Below are positions 1 to 13,082 of a stretch of 64,000 bases of DNA, piece by piece. Source of the DNA: Macrostomum lignano (Eukaryota); contig NIVC01003569.1 in the NCBI GenBank assembly GCA_002269645.1, positions 26,822 through 90,821 of the forward strand. The letters are read 5' to 3'. Every line of letters begins with the position of its first letter. Positions within the stretch are counted from its first letter, which is position 1. A model generated the notes under the pieces. The model ran no database searches. It was given only the letters and a program-made list of their open reading frames with translations, and had not been told where the DNA came from. The translations under genes and the position numbers were made by a program.

Positions 1-3000
1 ACCCTAACCCTAACCCTAACCCTAACCCTAACCCTAACCCTAACCCTAACCCTAACCCTAACCCTAACCCTAACCCTAACCCTAACCCTAACCCTAACCC
101 TAACCCTAACCCTAACCCTAACCCTAACCTAACCCTAACCCTAACCCTAACCCTAACCCTAACCCTAACCCTAACCCTAACCCTAACCCTAACCCTAACC
201 CTAACCCTAACCTAACCCTAACCCTAACCCTAACCCTAACCCTAACCCTAACCCTAACCCTAACCCTAACCCTAACCCTAACCCTAACCCTAACCCTAAC
301 CCTAACCCTAACCCTAACCCTAACCCTAACCCTAACCCTAACCCTAACCCTAACCCTAACCCTAACCCTAACCCTAACCCTAACCCTAACCCTAACCCTA
401 ACCCTAACCTAACCCTAACCCTAACCCTAACCCTAACCCTAACCCTAACCCTAACCCTAACCCTAACCCTAACCCTAACCCTAACCCTAACCCTAACCCT
501 AACCCTAACCCTAACCCTAACCCTAACCCTAACCCTAACCTAACCCTAACCCTAACCCTAACCCTAACCCTAACCTAACCCTAACCCTAACCCTAACCCT
601 AACCCTAACCCTAACCCTAACCCTAACCCTAACCCTAACCCTAACCCTAACCCTAACCCTAACCCTAACCCTAACCCTAACCCTAACCCTAACCCTAACC
701 CTAACCCTAACCCTAACCCTAACCCTAACCCTAACCCTAACCCTAACCCTAACCCTAACCCTAACCCTAACCTAACCCTAACCCTAACCCTAACCCTAAC
801 CCTAACCCTAACCCTAACCCTAACCCTAACCCTAACCCTAACCCTAACCCTAACCCTAACCCTAACCCTAACCCTAACCCTAACCCTAACCCTAACCCTA
901 ACCCTAACCCTAACCCTAACCCTAACCCTAACCCTAACCCTAACCCTAACCCTAACCCTAACCCTAACCCTAACCCTAACCCTAACCTAACCCTAACCCT
1001 AACCCTAACCCTAACCCTAACCCTAACCCTAACCCTAACCCTAACCCTAACCCTAACCCTAACCCTAACCCTAACCCTAACCCTAACCCTAACCCTAACC
1101 CTAACCCTAACCCTAACCCTAACCCTAACCCTAACCCTAACCCTAACCCTAACCCTAACCCTAACCCTAACCCTAACCCTAACCCTAACCCTAACCCTAA
1201 CCCTAACCCTAACCCTAACCCTAACCCTAACCCTAACCCTAACCCTAACCCTAACCCTAACCCTAACCCTAACCCTAACCCTAACCCTAACCCTAACCCT
1301 AACCCTAACCCTAACCCTAACCCTAACCCTAACCCTAACCCTAACCTAACCCTAACCCTAACCCTAACCCTAACCCTAACCCTAACCCTAACCCTAACCC
1401 TAACCCTAACCCTAACCCTAACCCTAACCCTAACCCTAACCCTAACCCTAACCCTAACCCTAACCCTAACCCTAACCCTAACCCTAACCCTAACCCTAAC
1501 CCTAACCCTAACCCTAACCCTAACCCTAACCCTAACCCTAACCCTAACCCTAACCCTAACCCTAACCCTAACCCTAACCCTAACCCTAACCCTAACCCTA
1601 ACCCTAACCCTAACCCTAACCTAACCCTAACCCTAACCCTAACCTAACCCTAACCCTAACCCTAACCCTAACCCTAACCCTAACCCTAACCCTAACCCTA
1701 ACCCTAACCCTAACCCTAACCCTAACCCTAACCCTAACCCTAACCCTAACCCTAACCCTAACCCTAACCCTAACCCTAACCCTAACCCTAACCCTAACCC
1801 TAACCCTAACCCTAACCCTAACCCTAACCCTAACCCTAACCCTAACCCTAACCCTAACCCTAACCCTAACCCTAACCCTAACCCTAACCCTAACCCTAAC
1901 CTAACCCTAACCCTAACCCTAACCCTAACCCTAACCCTAACCCTAACCCTAACCCTAACCCTAACCCTAACCCTAACCCTAACCCTAACCCTAACCCTAA
2001 CCCTAACCCTAACCCTAACCCTAACCCTAACCCTAACCCTAACCCTAACCCTAACCCTAACCCTAACCCTAACCCTAACCCTAACCCTAACCCTAACCCT
2101 AACCCTAACCCTAACCCTAACCTAACCCTAACCCTAACCCTAACCCTAACCCTAACCCTAACCCTAACCCTAACCCTAACCCTAACCCTAACCCTAACCC
2201 TAACCCTAACCCTAACCCTAACCCTAACCCTAACCCTAACCCTAACCCTAACCCTAACCCTAACCCTAACCCTAACCCTAACCCTAACCCTAACCCTAAC
2301 CCTAACCCTAACCCTAACCCTAACCCTAACCCTAACCCTAACCCTAACCCTAACCCTAACCCTAACCCTAACCCTAACCCTAACCCTAACCCTAACCCTA
2401 ACCTAACCCTAACCCTAACCCTAACCCTAACCCTAACCCTAACCCTAACCCTAACCCTAACCCTAACCCTAACCCTAACCCTAACCCTAACCCTAACCCT
2501 AACCCTAACCCTAACCCTAACCCTAACCCTAACCCTAACCCTAACCCTAACCCTAACCTAACCCTAACCCTAACCCTAACCCTAACCCTAACCCTAACCC
2601 TAACCCTAACCCTAACCCTAACCCTAACCCTAACCCTAACCCTAACCCTAACCCTAACCCTAACCCTAACCCTAACCCTAACCCTAACCCTAACCCTAAC
2701 CCTAACCCTAACCCTAACCCTAACCCTAACCCTAACCCTAACCCTAACCCTAACCCTAACCCTAACCCTAACCCTAACCCTAACCCTAACCCTAACCCTA
2801 ACCCTAACCCTAACCCTAACCCTAACCCTAACCCTAACCCTAACCCTAACCCTAACCCTAACCCTAACCTAACCCTAACCCTAACCCTAACCCTAACCCT
2901 AACCCTAACCCTAACCCTAACCCTAACCCTAACCCTAACCCTAACCCTAACCCTAACCCTAACCCTAACCCTAACCCTAACCCTAACCCTAACCCTAACC

Positions 3001-6000
3001 CTAACCCTAACCCTAACCCTAACCCTAACCCTAACCCTAACCCTAACCCTAACCCTAACCCTAACCCTAACCCTAACCCTAACCCTAACCCTAACCCTAA
3101 CCCTAACCCTAACCCTAACCCTAACCCTAACCCTAACCCTAACCCTAACCCTAACCCTAACCCTAACCCTAACCCTAACCCTAACCCTAACCCTAACCCT
3201 AACCCTAACCCTAACCCTAACCCTAACCCTAACCCTAACCCTAACCCTAACCCTAACCCTAACCCTAACCCTAACCCTAACCCTAACCCTAACCCTAACC
3301 CTAACCCTAACCCTAACCCTAACCCTAACCCTAACCCTAACCCTAACCCTAACCCTAACCCTAACCCTAACCCTAACCCTAACCCTAACCCTAACCCTAA
3401 CCCTAACCCTAACCCTAACCCTAACCCTAACCCTAACCCTAACCCTAACCCTAACCCTAACCCTAACCCTAACCCTAACCCTAACCCTAACCCTAACCCT
3501 AACCCTAACCCTAACCCTAACCCTAACCTAACCCTAACCCTAACCCTAACCCTAACCCTAACCCTAACCCTAACCCTAACCCTAACCCTAACCCTAACCC
3601 TAACCCTAACCCTAACCCTAACCCTAACCCTAACCCTAACCCTAACCCTAACCCTAACCCTAACCCTAACCCTAACCCTAACCCTAACCCTAACCCTAAC
3701 CCTAACCCTAACCCTAACCCTAACCCTAACCCTAACCCTAACCCTAACCCTAACCCTAACCCTAACCCTAACCCTAACCCTAACCCTAACCCTAACCCTA
3801 ACCCTAACCCTAACCCTAACCCTAACCCTAACCCTAACCCTAACCCTAACCCTAACCCTAACCCTAACCCTAACCCTAACCCTAACCCTAACCCTAACCC
3901 TAACCCTAACCCTAACCCTAACCCTAACCCTAACCCTAACCCTAACCCTAACCCTAACCCTAACCCTAACCCTAACCCTAACCCTAACCCTAACCCTAAC
4001 CCTAACCCTAACCCTAACCCTAACCCTAACCCTAACCCTAACCCTAACCCTAACCCTAACCCTAACCCTAACCCTAACCCTAACCCTAACCCTAACCCTA
4101 ACCCTAACCCTAACCCTAACCCTAACCCTAACCCTAACCCTAACCCTAACCCTAACCCTAACCCTAACCCTAACCCTAACCCTAACCCTAACCCTAACCC
4201 TAACCCTAACCCTAACCCTAACCCTAACCCTAACCCTAACCCTAACCCTAACCCTAACCCTAACCCTAACCCTAACCCTAACCCTAACCCTAACCCTAAC
4301 CCTAACCCTAACCCTAACCCTAACCCTAACCCTAACCCTAACCCTAACCCTAACCCTAACCCTAACCCTAACCCTAACCCTAACCCTAACCCTAACCCTA
4401 ACCCTAACCCTAACCCTAACCCTAACCCTAACCCTAACCCTAACCCTAACCCTAACCCTAACCCTAACCCTAACCCTAACCCTAACCCTAACCCTAACCC
4501 TAACCCTAACCCTAACCCTAACCCTAACCCTAACCCTAACCCTAACCCTAACCCTAACCCTAACCCTAACCCTAACCCTAACCCTAACCCTAACCCTAAC
4601 CTAACCCTAACCCTAACCCTAACCCTAACCCTAACCCTAACCCTAACCCTAACCCTAACCCTAACCCTAACCCTAACCCTAACCCTAACCCTAACCCTAA
4701 CCCTAACCCTAACCCTAACCCTAACCCTAACCCTAACCCTAACCCTAACCCTAACCCTAACCCTAACCCTAACCCTAACCCTAACCCTAACCCTAACCCT
4801 AACCCTAACCCTAACCCTAACCCTAACCCTAACCCTAACCCTAACCCTAACCCTAACCCTAACCCTAACCCTAACCCTAACCCTAACCCTAACCCTAACC
4901 CTAACCCTAACCCTAACCCTAACCCTAACCCTAACCCTAACCCTAACCCTAACCCTAACCCTAACCCTAACCCTAACCCTAACCCTAACCCTAACCCTAA
5001 CCCTAACCCTAACCCTAACCCTAACCCTAACCCTAACCCTAACCCTAACCCTAACCCTAACCCTAACCCTAACCCTAACCCTAACCCTAACCCTAACCCT
5101 AACCCTAACCCTAACCCTAACCCTAACCCTAACCCTAACCCTAACCCTAACCCTAACCCTAACCCTAACCCTAACCCTAACCCTAACCCTAACCCTAACC
5201 CTAACCCTAACCCTAACCCTAACCCTAACCCTAACCCTAACCCTAACCCTAACCCTAACCCTAACCCTAACCCTAACCCTAACCCTAACCCTAACCCTAA
5301 CCCTAACCCTAACCCTAACCCTAACCCTAACCCTAACCCTAACCCTAACCCTAACCCTAACCCTAACCCTAACCCTAACCCTAACCCTAACCCTAACCCT
5401 AACCCTAACCCTAACCCTAACCCTAACCCTAACCCTAACCCTAACCCTAACCCTAACCCTAACCCTAACCCTAACCCTAACCCTAACCCTAACCCTAACC
5501 CTAACCCTAACCCTAACCCTAACCCTAACCCTAACCCTAACCCTAACCCTAACCCTAACCCTAACCCTAACCCTAACCCTAACCCTAACCCTAACCCTAA
5601 CCCTAACCCTAACCCTAACCCTAACCCTAACCCTAACCCTAACCCTAACCCTAACCCTAACCCTAACCCTAACCCTAACCCTAACCCTAACCCTAACCCT
5701 AACCCTAACCCTAACCCTAACCCTAACCCTAACCCTAACCCTAACCCTAACCCTAACCCTAACCCTAACCCTAACCCTAACCCTAACCCTAACCCTAACC
5801 CTAACCCTAACCCTAACCCTAACCCTAACCCTAACCCTAACCCTAACCCTAACCCTAACCCTAACCCTAACCCTAACCCTAACCCTAACCCTAACCCTAA
5901 CCCTAACCCTAACCCTAACCCTAACCCTAACCCTAACCCTAACCCTAACCCTAACCCTAACCCTAACCCTAACCCTAACCCTAACCCTAACCCTAACCCT

Positions 6001-6726
6001 AACCCTAACCCTAACCCTAACCCTAACCCTAACCCTAACCCTAACCCTAACCCTAACCCTAACCCTAACCCTAACCCTAACCCTAACCCTAACCCTAACC
6101 CTAACCCTAACCCTAACCCTAACCCTAACCCTAACCCTAACCCTAACCCTAACCCTAACCCTAACCCTAACCCTAACCCTAACCCTAACCCTAACCCTAA
6201 CCCTAACCCTAACCCTAACCCTAACCCTAACCCTAACCCTAACCCTAACCCTAACCCTAACCCTAACCCTAACCCTAACCCTAACCCTAACCCTAACCCT
6301 AACCCTAACCCTAACCCTAACCCTAACCCTAACCCTAACCCTAACCCTAACCCTAACCCTAACCCTAACCCTAACCCTAACCCTAACCCTAACCCTAACC
6401 CTAACCCTAACCCTAACCCTAACCCTAACCCTAACCCTAACCCTAACCCTAACCCTAACCCTAACCCTAACCCTAACCCTAACCCTAACCCTAACCCTAA
6501 CCCTAACCCTAACCCTAACCCTAACCCTAACCCTAACCCTAACCCTAACCCTAACCCTAACCCTAACCCTAACCCTAACCCTAACCCTAACCCTAACCCT
6601 AACCCTAACCCTAACCCTAACCCTAACCCTAACCCTAACCCTAACCCTAACCCTAACCCTAACCCTAACCCTAACCCTAACCCTAACCCTAACCCTAACC
6701 CTAACCCTAACCCTAACCCTAACCCT
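1..6726. repeat. Telomeric array (CCCTAA)n = (TTAGGG)n on the minus strand; left chromosome end
   Basis: Continuous CCCTAA hexamers from base 1 to 6726. Scattered CCTAA 5-mers occur up to ~4600 and none are seen from ~4602 to 6726. Confidence 0.99.
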
Positions 6727-7178
6727 TTTAGTCCCTACCCCAAATTTCATTGTCTCCAATTTCCAATTCTTAAATCCCTCTCTCTCCCTCTCCTATCTCA
6801 CCAATGCACACACCCTTTAGCCCCTCTAATTCCCTCTCCCCGCCGCATACCACGTGCGCCCATCCTCGCCCTGTATTTCCTCTTACTCTCGCTAATTCCC
6901 ACCCCCAGTTTTTCCTTCTTGAGTCCCTGCCTCCACTGCGCCACACTCTCACTGGCACGTCGCTCCTATCTCTCTCATACTTTCTCTCTCCGGCTCCCAT
7001 TCCATCCATTCTTTCTCTCTCCCACCCTCTCCCCCAGCCACTCACGACCCCCAATTTTTCTCCTCTGCGTTCTCATTTGCTCCTTGTACCCCACGCGCGC
7101 TCCCATTCGCTGTAACCTCCCCTCAGATTTTATATTTATTAAATATACCAGACTCAACTTAGATGTCTCTACTAACTA

Positions 7179-7218
7179 GCTCCTGATGAAGGTTAATCTT
7201 AACCGAAACGCGTCGAGC
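7179..7218 (+). ncRNA. Minimal type I hammerhead ribozyme (Penelope-like element type)
   Basis: GCTC (7179-7182), CTGATGA core (7183-7189), one extra A, helix II GGTTA-ATCT-TAACC (7191-7204), GAAAC (7205-7209), GC loop, GTC (7212-7214, predicted cleavage after C7214), then GAGC (7215-7218) pairing with GCTC as helix I. The palindromic ACGCGT helix III is typical of PLE hammerheads. Confidence 0.85.
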
Positions 7219-7800
7219 ACCAAATCCATTTCTAGCTTCTGTCTTTTAGCCTTCCTTATTTTAAGTGGTTCAGCGGCCGACTGGTCTGACGGATCAGTAA
7301 CCCTTGTTCTAACCCTAACCCTAACCCTAACCCTAACCCTGATTATTTCGAAGATGCTATGGGTGGATGTCAGTGGATTATGTCAGTGTCAGTGAGCATA
7401 ACAGGTGTTGGTGGACATTTGTTATGCTCTGATTCTGTCAGGGATACTATGGATGGATTTAATGGGATTATGGAGGACGTTTTGTGAGCGAGTGCGACCC
7501 CCCTTTTTTCCGATTCTGTCAGGGATAATATGGATGGATTTAATGGGATTATGTTCCAAGTTTTCGGAGCAAGGGCGAGCCCCCTTTTTTCTGATTCTGT
7601 TGGGGATAATATGGATGGATTTAATGGGATTATGGAGGACGTGAAAAAATTTGTCCCAGAAGCCCCCTCATGCATTCTACTGCGTCGAGCACCAAATCCC
7701 TTTTTAGCTACTGTCTTTTTAGCCTTCCTTATTTTAAGTGTTCAGCGGCCGACTGGTCTGACGGATCAGTAACCCTTGTCCTAACCCTAACCCTAACCCT
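7210..7800 (+). repeat. Duplicated ~120-130 bp subtelomeric unit, each copy ending in a short (CCCTAA)n tract
   Basis: Copy 1 is 7210-7340, with telomeric repeats at 7309-7340. Copy 2 is 7682-7800, with repeats at 7780-7800. Both run GCGTCGAGCACCAAATCC...CAGCGGCCGACTGGTCTGACGGATCAGTAACCCTTGT. Confidence 0.9.
7341..7681 (-). mobile_element. Terminal fragment of an AGTAG-ended (Polinton-like) element with ~70-bp internal repeats
   Basis: Its reverse complement matches 35976-36296 and 37370-37530. All three copies share the end 5'-AGTAGAAT(G/A)CATGAGGGGGCTT. Internal repeat: GATTCTGT..GGGATAATATGGATGGATTTAATGGGATTATG. Confidence 0.7.
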
Positions 7801-7874
7801 TGGCGAGACCTAGCTGGTCTTGAGAGTTGGTCTTGAGATGTGAATGTTTTATGATTTTTTAAAAGAGGGTAGTT

Positions 7875-8260
7875 TTGCATTTTCCCCTTATTGCACTGTG
7901 ACAGCTGATTTTATATGTAAGGGCATTGTGTATGAATATGTTATAGTGACGTTAATCTAAGAGGATTTAGGTTGTTTTATGGAAGGGGCTGGCTGACTGG
8001 TTTTTCCCCCTTATATAGTTAGATAAACAGGTGTAGGTATTGCATTGTGATAGCTGATTTTAGATTTAAGCGCATTAGGTTTAAATAGATTTTAGATGTT
8101 GATCTAAGGGGGATTAGGTTGTTTTATGGAAGGGGGTGGTTGACTAGTTTTTCCTGTTAGATCAGCGGCTGTTGGTATTGCATGGTGATGGTTGATTTTA
8201 GATGTAAGTGCATTGTGTATGAATAGATCTTAGTAGATGTTGATCTAAGGGGGAAAGGCT
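7875..8260. repeat. Diverged ~140-bp subtelomeric tandem repeat, about 3 copies
   Basis: Recurring block GTGA.AG.TGATTTTA.AT.TAAG.GCATT...GATCTAAG.GG.ATTAGGTTGTTTTATGGAAGGGG near 7895, 8045 and 8185. Confidence 0.7.
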
Positions 8261-9290
8261 ATATTTTTTGACAATCGGCAGGAGGAGTTCCACTCGTTTG
8301 AATATAATAATCTACCGTTAATTGCACTGACGCTGGTCACGATTTGATAAAGATTTGCGTTCAGTGTACACTTGCTTCAGTCTATAGTGTCTGAGAGCTA
8401 ACCCTATCTGCCATAGCCAGCCCGGGGTCGTTTAGCCCGTGAGTTTCTTGCCTAAACAGTGCGCAATCAACAAATGCACGGGTACATTGCCTAGCTATCT
8501 TGCGAGCCGAAACACGCGGACTGCCCCACGCACTCTATTGTGGCAGTTTACTGTTGGATGCTTGGGGCAGGGGTGTCTGCAGTTTACAATAAGTCGGAGT
8601 GGTTGGTTGTCTATTTGAGGAATGAGTGTGCAAGTTAAAGATGAAACTGAGGTATGCAGCCAGAAAGACTGCTTGCTTAGCTCGCATCTAGTGTCCTCAT
8701 TGAGTTCTGAACCGTTGCTAGCATATCCGGGAGGAAATACAGCTGCTACTGCTATAACCAAGGTATTTATAAATTTCAATATATGAGTGTAACAATTTGC
8801 AAGATTACATTTTCTTACTACATGTAGTAGGATTACTATTACTATTAAAAGTCCTGGGGACTTTTTGAGTTGATAGTGTAGATACTCGTAGATGTGGTCT
8901 TAGCGATCTAAGGCTGCAAATGGATCCGAATCTCGCTATTTCGGCATTTCGCACTGTCGAGATCGCTACGAGCTACATGTACGCACATGTATGATCTTTT
9001 CATTTAACATTTGATCTTTTGGAATTTATTGTAATGCTTGCACTATACAGCTCGTAGTTCACGTACATGTACGAGCTATGCTGAAGATATCCTCGATCAT
9101 TTCTACAAAACATTGCTCCTTGCAACCAGTTGTGTTCCTAAAAACATGCAAAACACGATTCGATTAAAACAGTGCACGTGATGTATACCCTTGTGATTTC
9201 CAAATTAGAAAGGCAAATAATAATGCACTTGTGGAGACAAACCCCTTTAAGTGTTAACAACGCCTCGCATAATTTTTTTCAGATTTTGAA

Positions 9291-10562
9291 ATGGCCGATG
9301 AGAACGAGTACGAGACTGATTGTGTAATTGTCCGGACTGAGAACATTGCTCTGCAGGACCATAGGCCTCCTTCAGACTGTGGTGCCAGAAAACAGCCAGA
9401 TTGTCATGAGAATGTTGGTGCACAGACAGAGGGGAAAACTGAGAGGCAGCAAGTAGGCCCCACAATAGCTCCGGAATTGGAAAAGTGCAGCGACACCATC
9501 GTAGTGACCAGGCAACACCTAGAGGCGATGAGGCGTTACTACATGGCAGTAAAGAGTGCCTACTTTAATTACAGCACTCTTGATGCTGATTCGGCCCTAG
9601 TGTTACAAAAGTTGTTTGAACAGACTCCAGAAGTTCTCAGCACATCAAACAAACAGGGCTACAGTCCTATTGAGTCGGCACTATCACAGAAAAAGTGGAC
9701 AGCAGCCACGCACCTGCTGGATTTGGCCGCTCGCAAGAATCCCAGGGCCTTGCAGCATCGCACAGCCACTGGGGATGATGCCCTGATGCTGGCGGTGACT
9801 GGCGGGGGAGAGAACGTCGTGGAAAAACTCATCAACCTGGGTTGCGGCAGTTTTGCTTGCATGCACTACAATGCGAGCGGTAGAAATGTACTACACATGT
9901 GCGCCCTCGGTTCCAGTGACACAATCCTTCATAAGATCCTTGCTTCGCTAAGCGATCTGCTGAAAAGTCAGCAGCTTGCGCCAAAATGCGTCACTGCGGC
10001 TCTGTGCACCAGCGACTGCGACGGTTGCACGCCGCTACATTACATGGCCCGCGAAAATCGAGTCAGCATGCAGAAGGCTGTGCACCAGTTCGCCCAGCAA
10101 AACCTCCTGCGGTTCGATTGGGATGTCCGCCAAACCACTGGCGACCGCCTGACGCCCCTTGCGATGGCCGCCAGAGTAAATGCGGTGGACGCCTGCCGCT
10201 TTCTGCTGCAGCAAGGCCTGGTCGGCATCGACCTGAATGATCACATTGACCTGTGGCTTCAGGTGACGCTCAGTGACTCAGCCAGATCCTTGCTTGGCAG
10301 GCATTGCAAGCTGCTGGAACCAATTAATGACCTGCCACCAGAGAACCTTCAAAAATTGCAGGATGGACTGCAGCAGAAAGGACTTACAGACGAGTTCTTA
10401 TTGCAATTGCGGACTCACTGGCCTGACCTGCCCCAGCTTCCAACCGTAAGCACCGTGTTGCTTGTGAGTCAGAACTACTGCAGCTCTTGTCGTCTGGTGG
10501 CCTGGGACATACTGAAGAGCCTGGGCGCTGCTGATCTTGCCGAGTTATTGGAGGGGCGATGA
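9291..10562 (+). CDS. Ankyrin-repeat protein (423 aa) with a possible C-terminal death-fold (PYD/DED-like) domain
   Basis: Intact ORF with about five ankyrin-type motifs (GYSPIESAL, GDDALMLAV, GRNVLHMCA, GCTPLHYMA, RLTPLAMAA). A polypyrimidine/CAG acceptor just upstream suggests a 5' intron. Confidence 0.8.
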   Translation: MADENEYETDCVIVRTENIALQDHRPPSDCGARKQPDCHENVGAQTEGKTERQQVGPTIAPELEKCSDTIVVTRQHLEAMRRYYMAVKSAYFNYSTLDADSALVLQKLFEQTPEVLSTSNKQGYSPIESALSQKKWTAATHLLDLAARKNPRALQHRTATGDDALMLAVTGGGENVVEKLINLGCGSFACMHYNASGRNVLHMCALGSSDTILHKILASLSDLLKSQQLAPKCVTAALCTSDCDGCTPLHYMARENRVSMQKAVHQFAQQNLLRFDWDVRQTTGDRLTPLAMAARVNAVDACRFLLQQGLVGIDLNDHIDLWLQVTLSDSARSLLGRHCKLLEPINDLPPENLQKLQDGLQQKGLTDEFLLQLRTHWPDLPQLPTVSTVLLVSQNYCSSCRLVAWDILKSLGAADLAELLEGR

Positions 10563-12849
10563 ACATCCGTTTGCGAATTCGATAATTGACTGAATTGATG
10601 ATTGAACTGTCTGTAAAAGTTTTGAAGTTATGCGTGTGAAAACCCCAAGTTCTATTAATATTTTAACGTTTCTTTAATCAACATTAATTAAAAATTAATT
10701 AAGCAAATTTTTTATTTAGAATTTGAACTAACTTATCAATTTACTTGTGTTTTATTCGGCGCATGCACACGAGTGTGGTTGTCGACCGTGGGCATGTTTT
10801 CCAGCTTGTATGCACAAAAACCACAGAAATTTGTTATTGTCTCAATGCGAGCAAGCTTCAGTAAAGTAATAAACTTGGATTGATTTCAGACAAAATTCAC
10901 TGTCATGCAGTGCAATAAACAGTTTTTTAACACCAGTTAAAAATCAATGCAACAATAGATGTCAGCTTTTTTCGTACAGCCGACTTAGTATAGGCAATTA
11001 AGCAAAGCTGCCTTTGCTGCCGGTCGTTCATGGACCTCTGGAAGCACTGACGGGAGCCTATAAATCCCTTAAGTCCCTTAATCAATCACAGATTAATAAA
11101 TTAGAAAGACACAACATGGCGCAAATCATGAATACTTTTGAGGGCTGATTATTTAAAACAGTCCCGCACAGCAATCCGACGTTCCCGAGGTCTATATCGA
11201 GGTCGTCACGTCAATGACAAATAGGCTCGTATGTGCTTTTACATTACATCGACGTGTATAACGACGTCATACGTCAGCTGAACGTCGGCGTAATGTAAAA
11301 GGTGCATGTTTTTCATCGACATCGAGAGACGTCGAGAACATCGGCCTACATGTACGAGTATCTTGGCTATAGATGTGCATTAATTTGTAGAATGCGCAAA
11401 TTAGTAAAATATATTAATATTGTAATTTTAAACTTTACAACTTTACAAAGCCGAGGCCAGCTACGGACTCTAGCTAGACGGACACTCTCGAATTAGTAAG
11501 TTGACGCAGTGCATCCTGGCCTGCTGAGACCCCGATTCGCGCCCTCTCTCGTAGCAACTAAATGTCAGCGCATTTTTGTTCTTTTCTACGGCGTCGAAAT
11601 TAATACTCAGCTCTAAAAGGCTTTGGTACGAGTAGTGTATCTTGCTGTATGATTAACATATGATTCTTCGTTGCTCCAGTGGAGAAGACTTCGTCAGCGC
11701 AATTCGACATTTATGTTCCACGTGGAGTAACGTGTACAATCTGCGCTTTCCTTCTAAACCAATTAAGGGACGCTTCTTGCTGTGCTTGTGTCTCTCAGGA
11801 AGAAGGAATCCATCTCTAATTCATCAAATTATTCGTGGCTCGCTGGGAAGCTCCAGACCTCTGGCACTGAGACCCCGGTTCGTCATACATGGCTGCTTGT
11901 TTCCTTTGGTCTTCCTTGGCGCATTTTCGATCCGCTCCGATCGTCGCCAGACGCCAGTTGATGTTTTAAATAAGGAATTTTTTATAGATAAGTGTCCAAG
12001 TACATGTAATATAGCTGGAGAAGTACATGTAGATGCTCCCGGCTGGGCCAGTTCTTTCAGCAGAGAGGGGCTAATATGGTATATGCCATACATTAGTACA
12101 TGTACGTCAGTAAGCCACGTACGTACAGTACGTTGCAATACATAACATGTAAGTATATGAACATTATGAAATGCATAGAATGCCGTCATATTTGCGAAGG
12201 GTGGCCGCCAATATTTGTTCTAATGTAGCCTATAAGAATTCCTGTTCCCACACGTATGCTCTTCAGAGTTTTAAATAAAAAGGACAGACAGTAGTGTAGA
12301 GGCGCTCGCTTTACTCTTTTCTCTCACCCGCCTCTGCGGGCCCAAAGGAGCGATGGCCATTGCCTCGGCTGGGCTGTAGAACTTCAGCAGCCTACTGGGC
12401 CCCGAAATACCGTGCTTTGAATGTTCAATCTTTGCTATCCGACGTGAGCAGAAGGTGCAGGCAGGACGCAAAATCCTACCTGTTACAAAGATACATGTAC
12501 ATGCGCGTACAATTTCGTATGATACCTTATTTGTTTTTTTTCAAAAATTACATGAATGCCGCGCGTTTCTCGCAAGGGGCGTTTATATAAGTGGTCCAGA
12601 AGCTCAATTTTCAAAAGGAAATTTCTGCAAGAAAATAAAGCGGAACTTAAATTGCCGTTTGAATAATAATAATCACGAAATATTACAAGAAAAGAATTCC
12701 ATTTGCGAAATCACCTTTTATTTCTATTACTCCTTTTACTTTTACTCTTGTAAATGTCGAAAAATCGTTCTTTTATATACAAGTAGCTACAAGGAAATGA
12801 AATTTAGTTACAATTCTATAATGTAATTTGTCTACACTAGGCCACTCTC

Positions 12850-13082
<233 letters not shown>

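Noticed and set aside
120-4601. CCTAA (TTAGG, insect-type) variants within the telomere
   Set aside because: They are isolated single-C losses confined to the distal part. Homopolymer or low-coverage error is the simpler explanation, and raw reads would be needed to claim a mixed telomere.
3523-6759. 1078-aa (VR)n/(LG)n ORF
   Set aside because: It is simply the translation of the TTAGGG telomere array.
8820-12500. Frequent TACATGTA palindromes
   Set aside because: They are noticeable by eye, but enrichment cannot be shown without genome-wide k-mer counts, and no structure links them.
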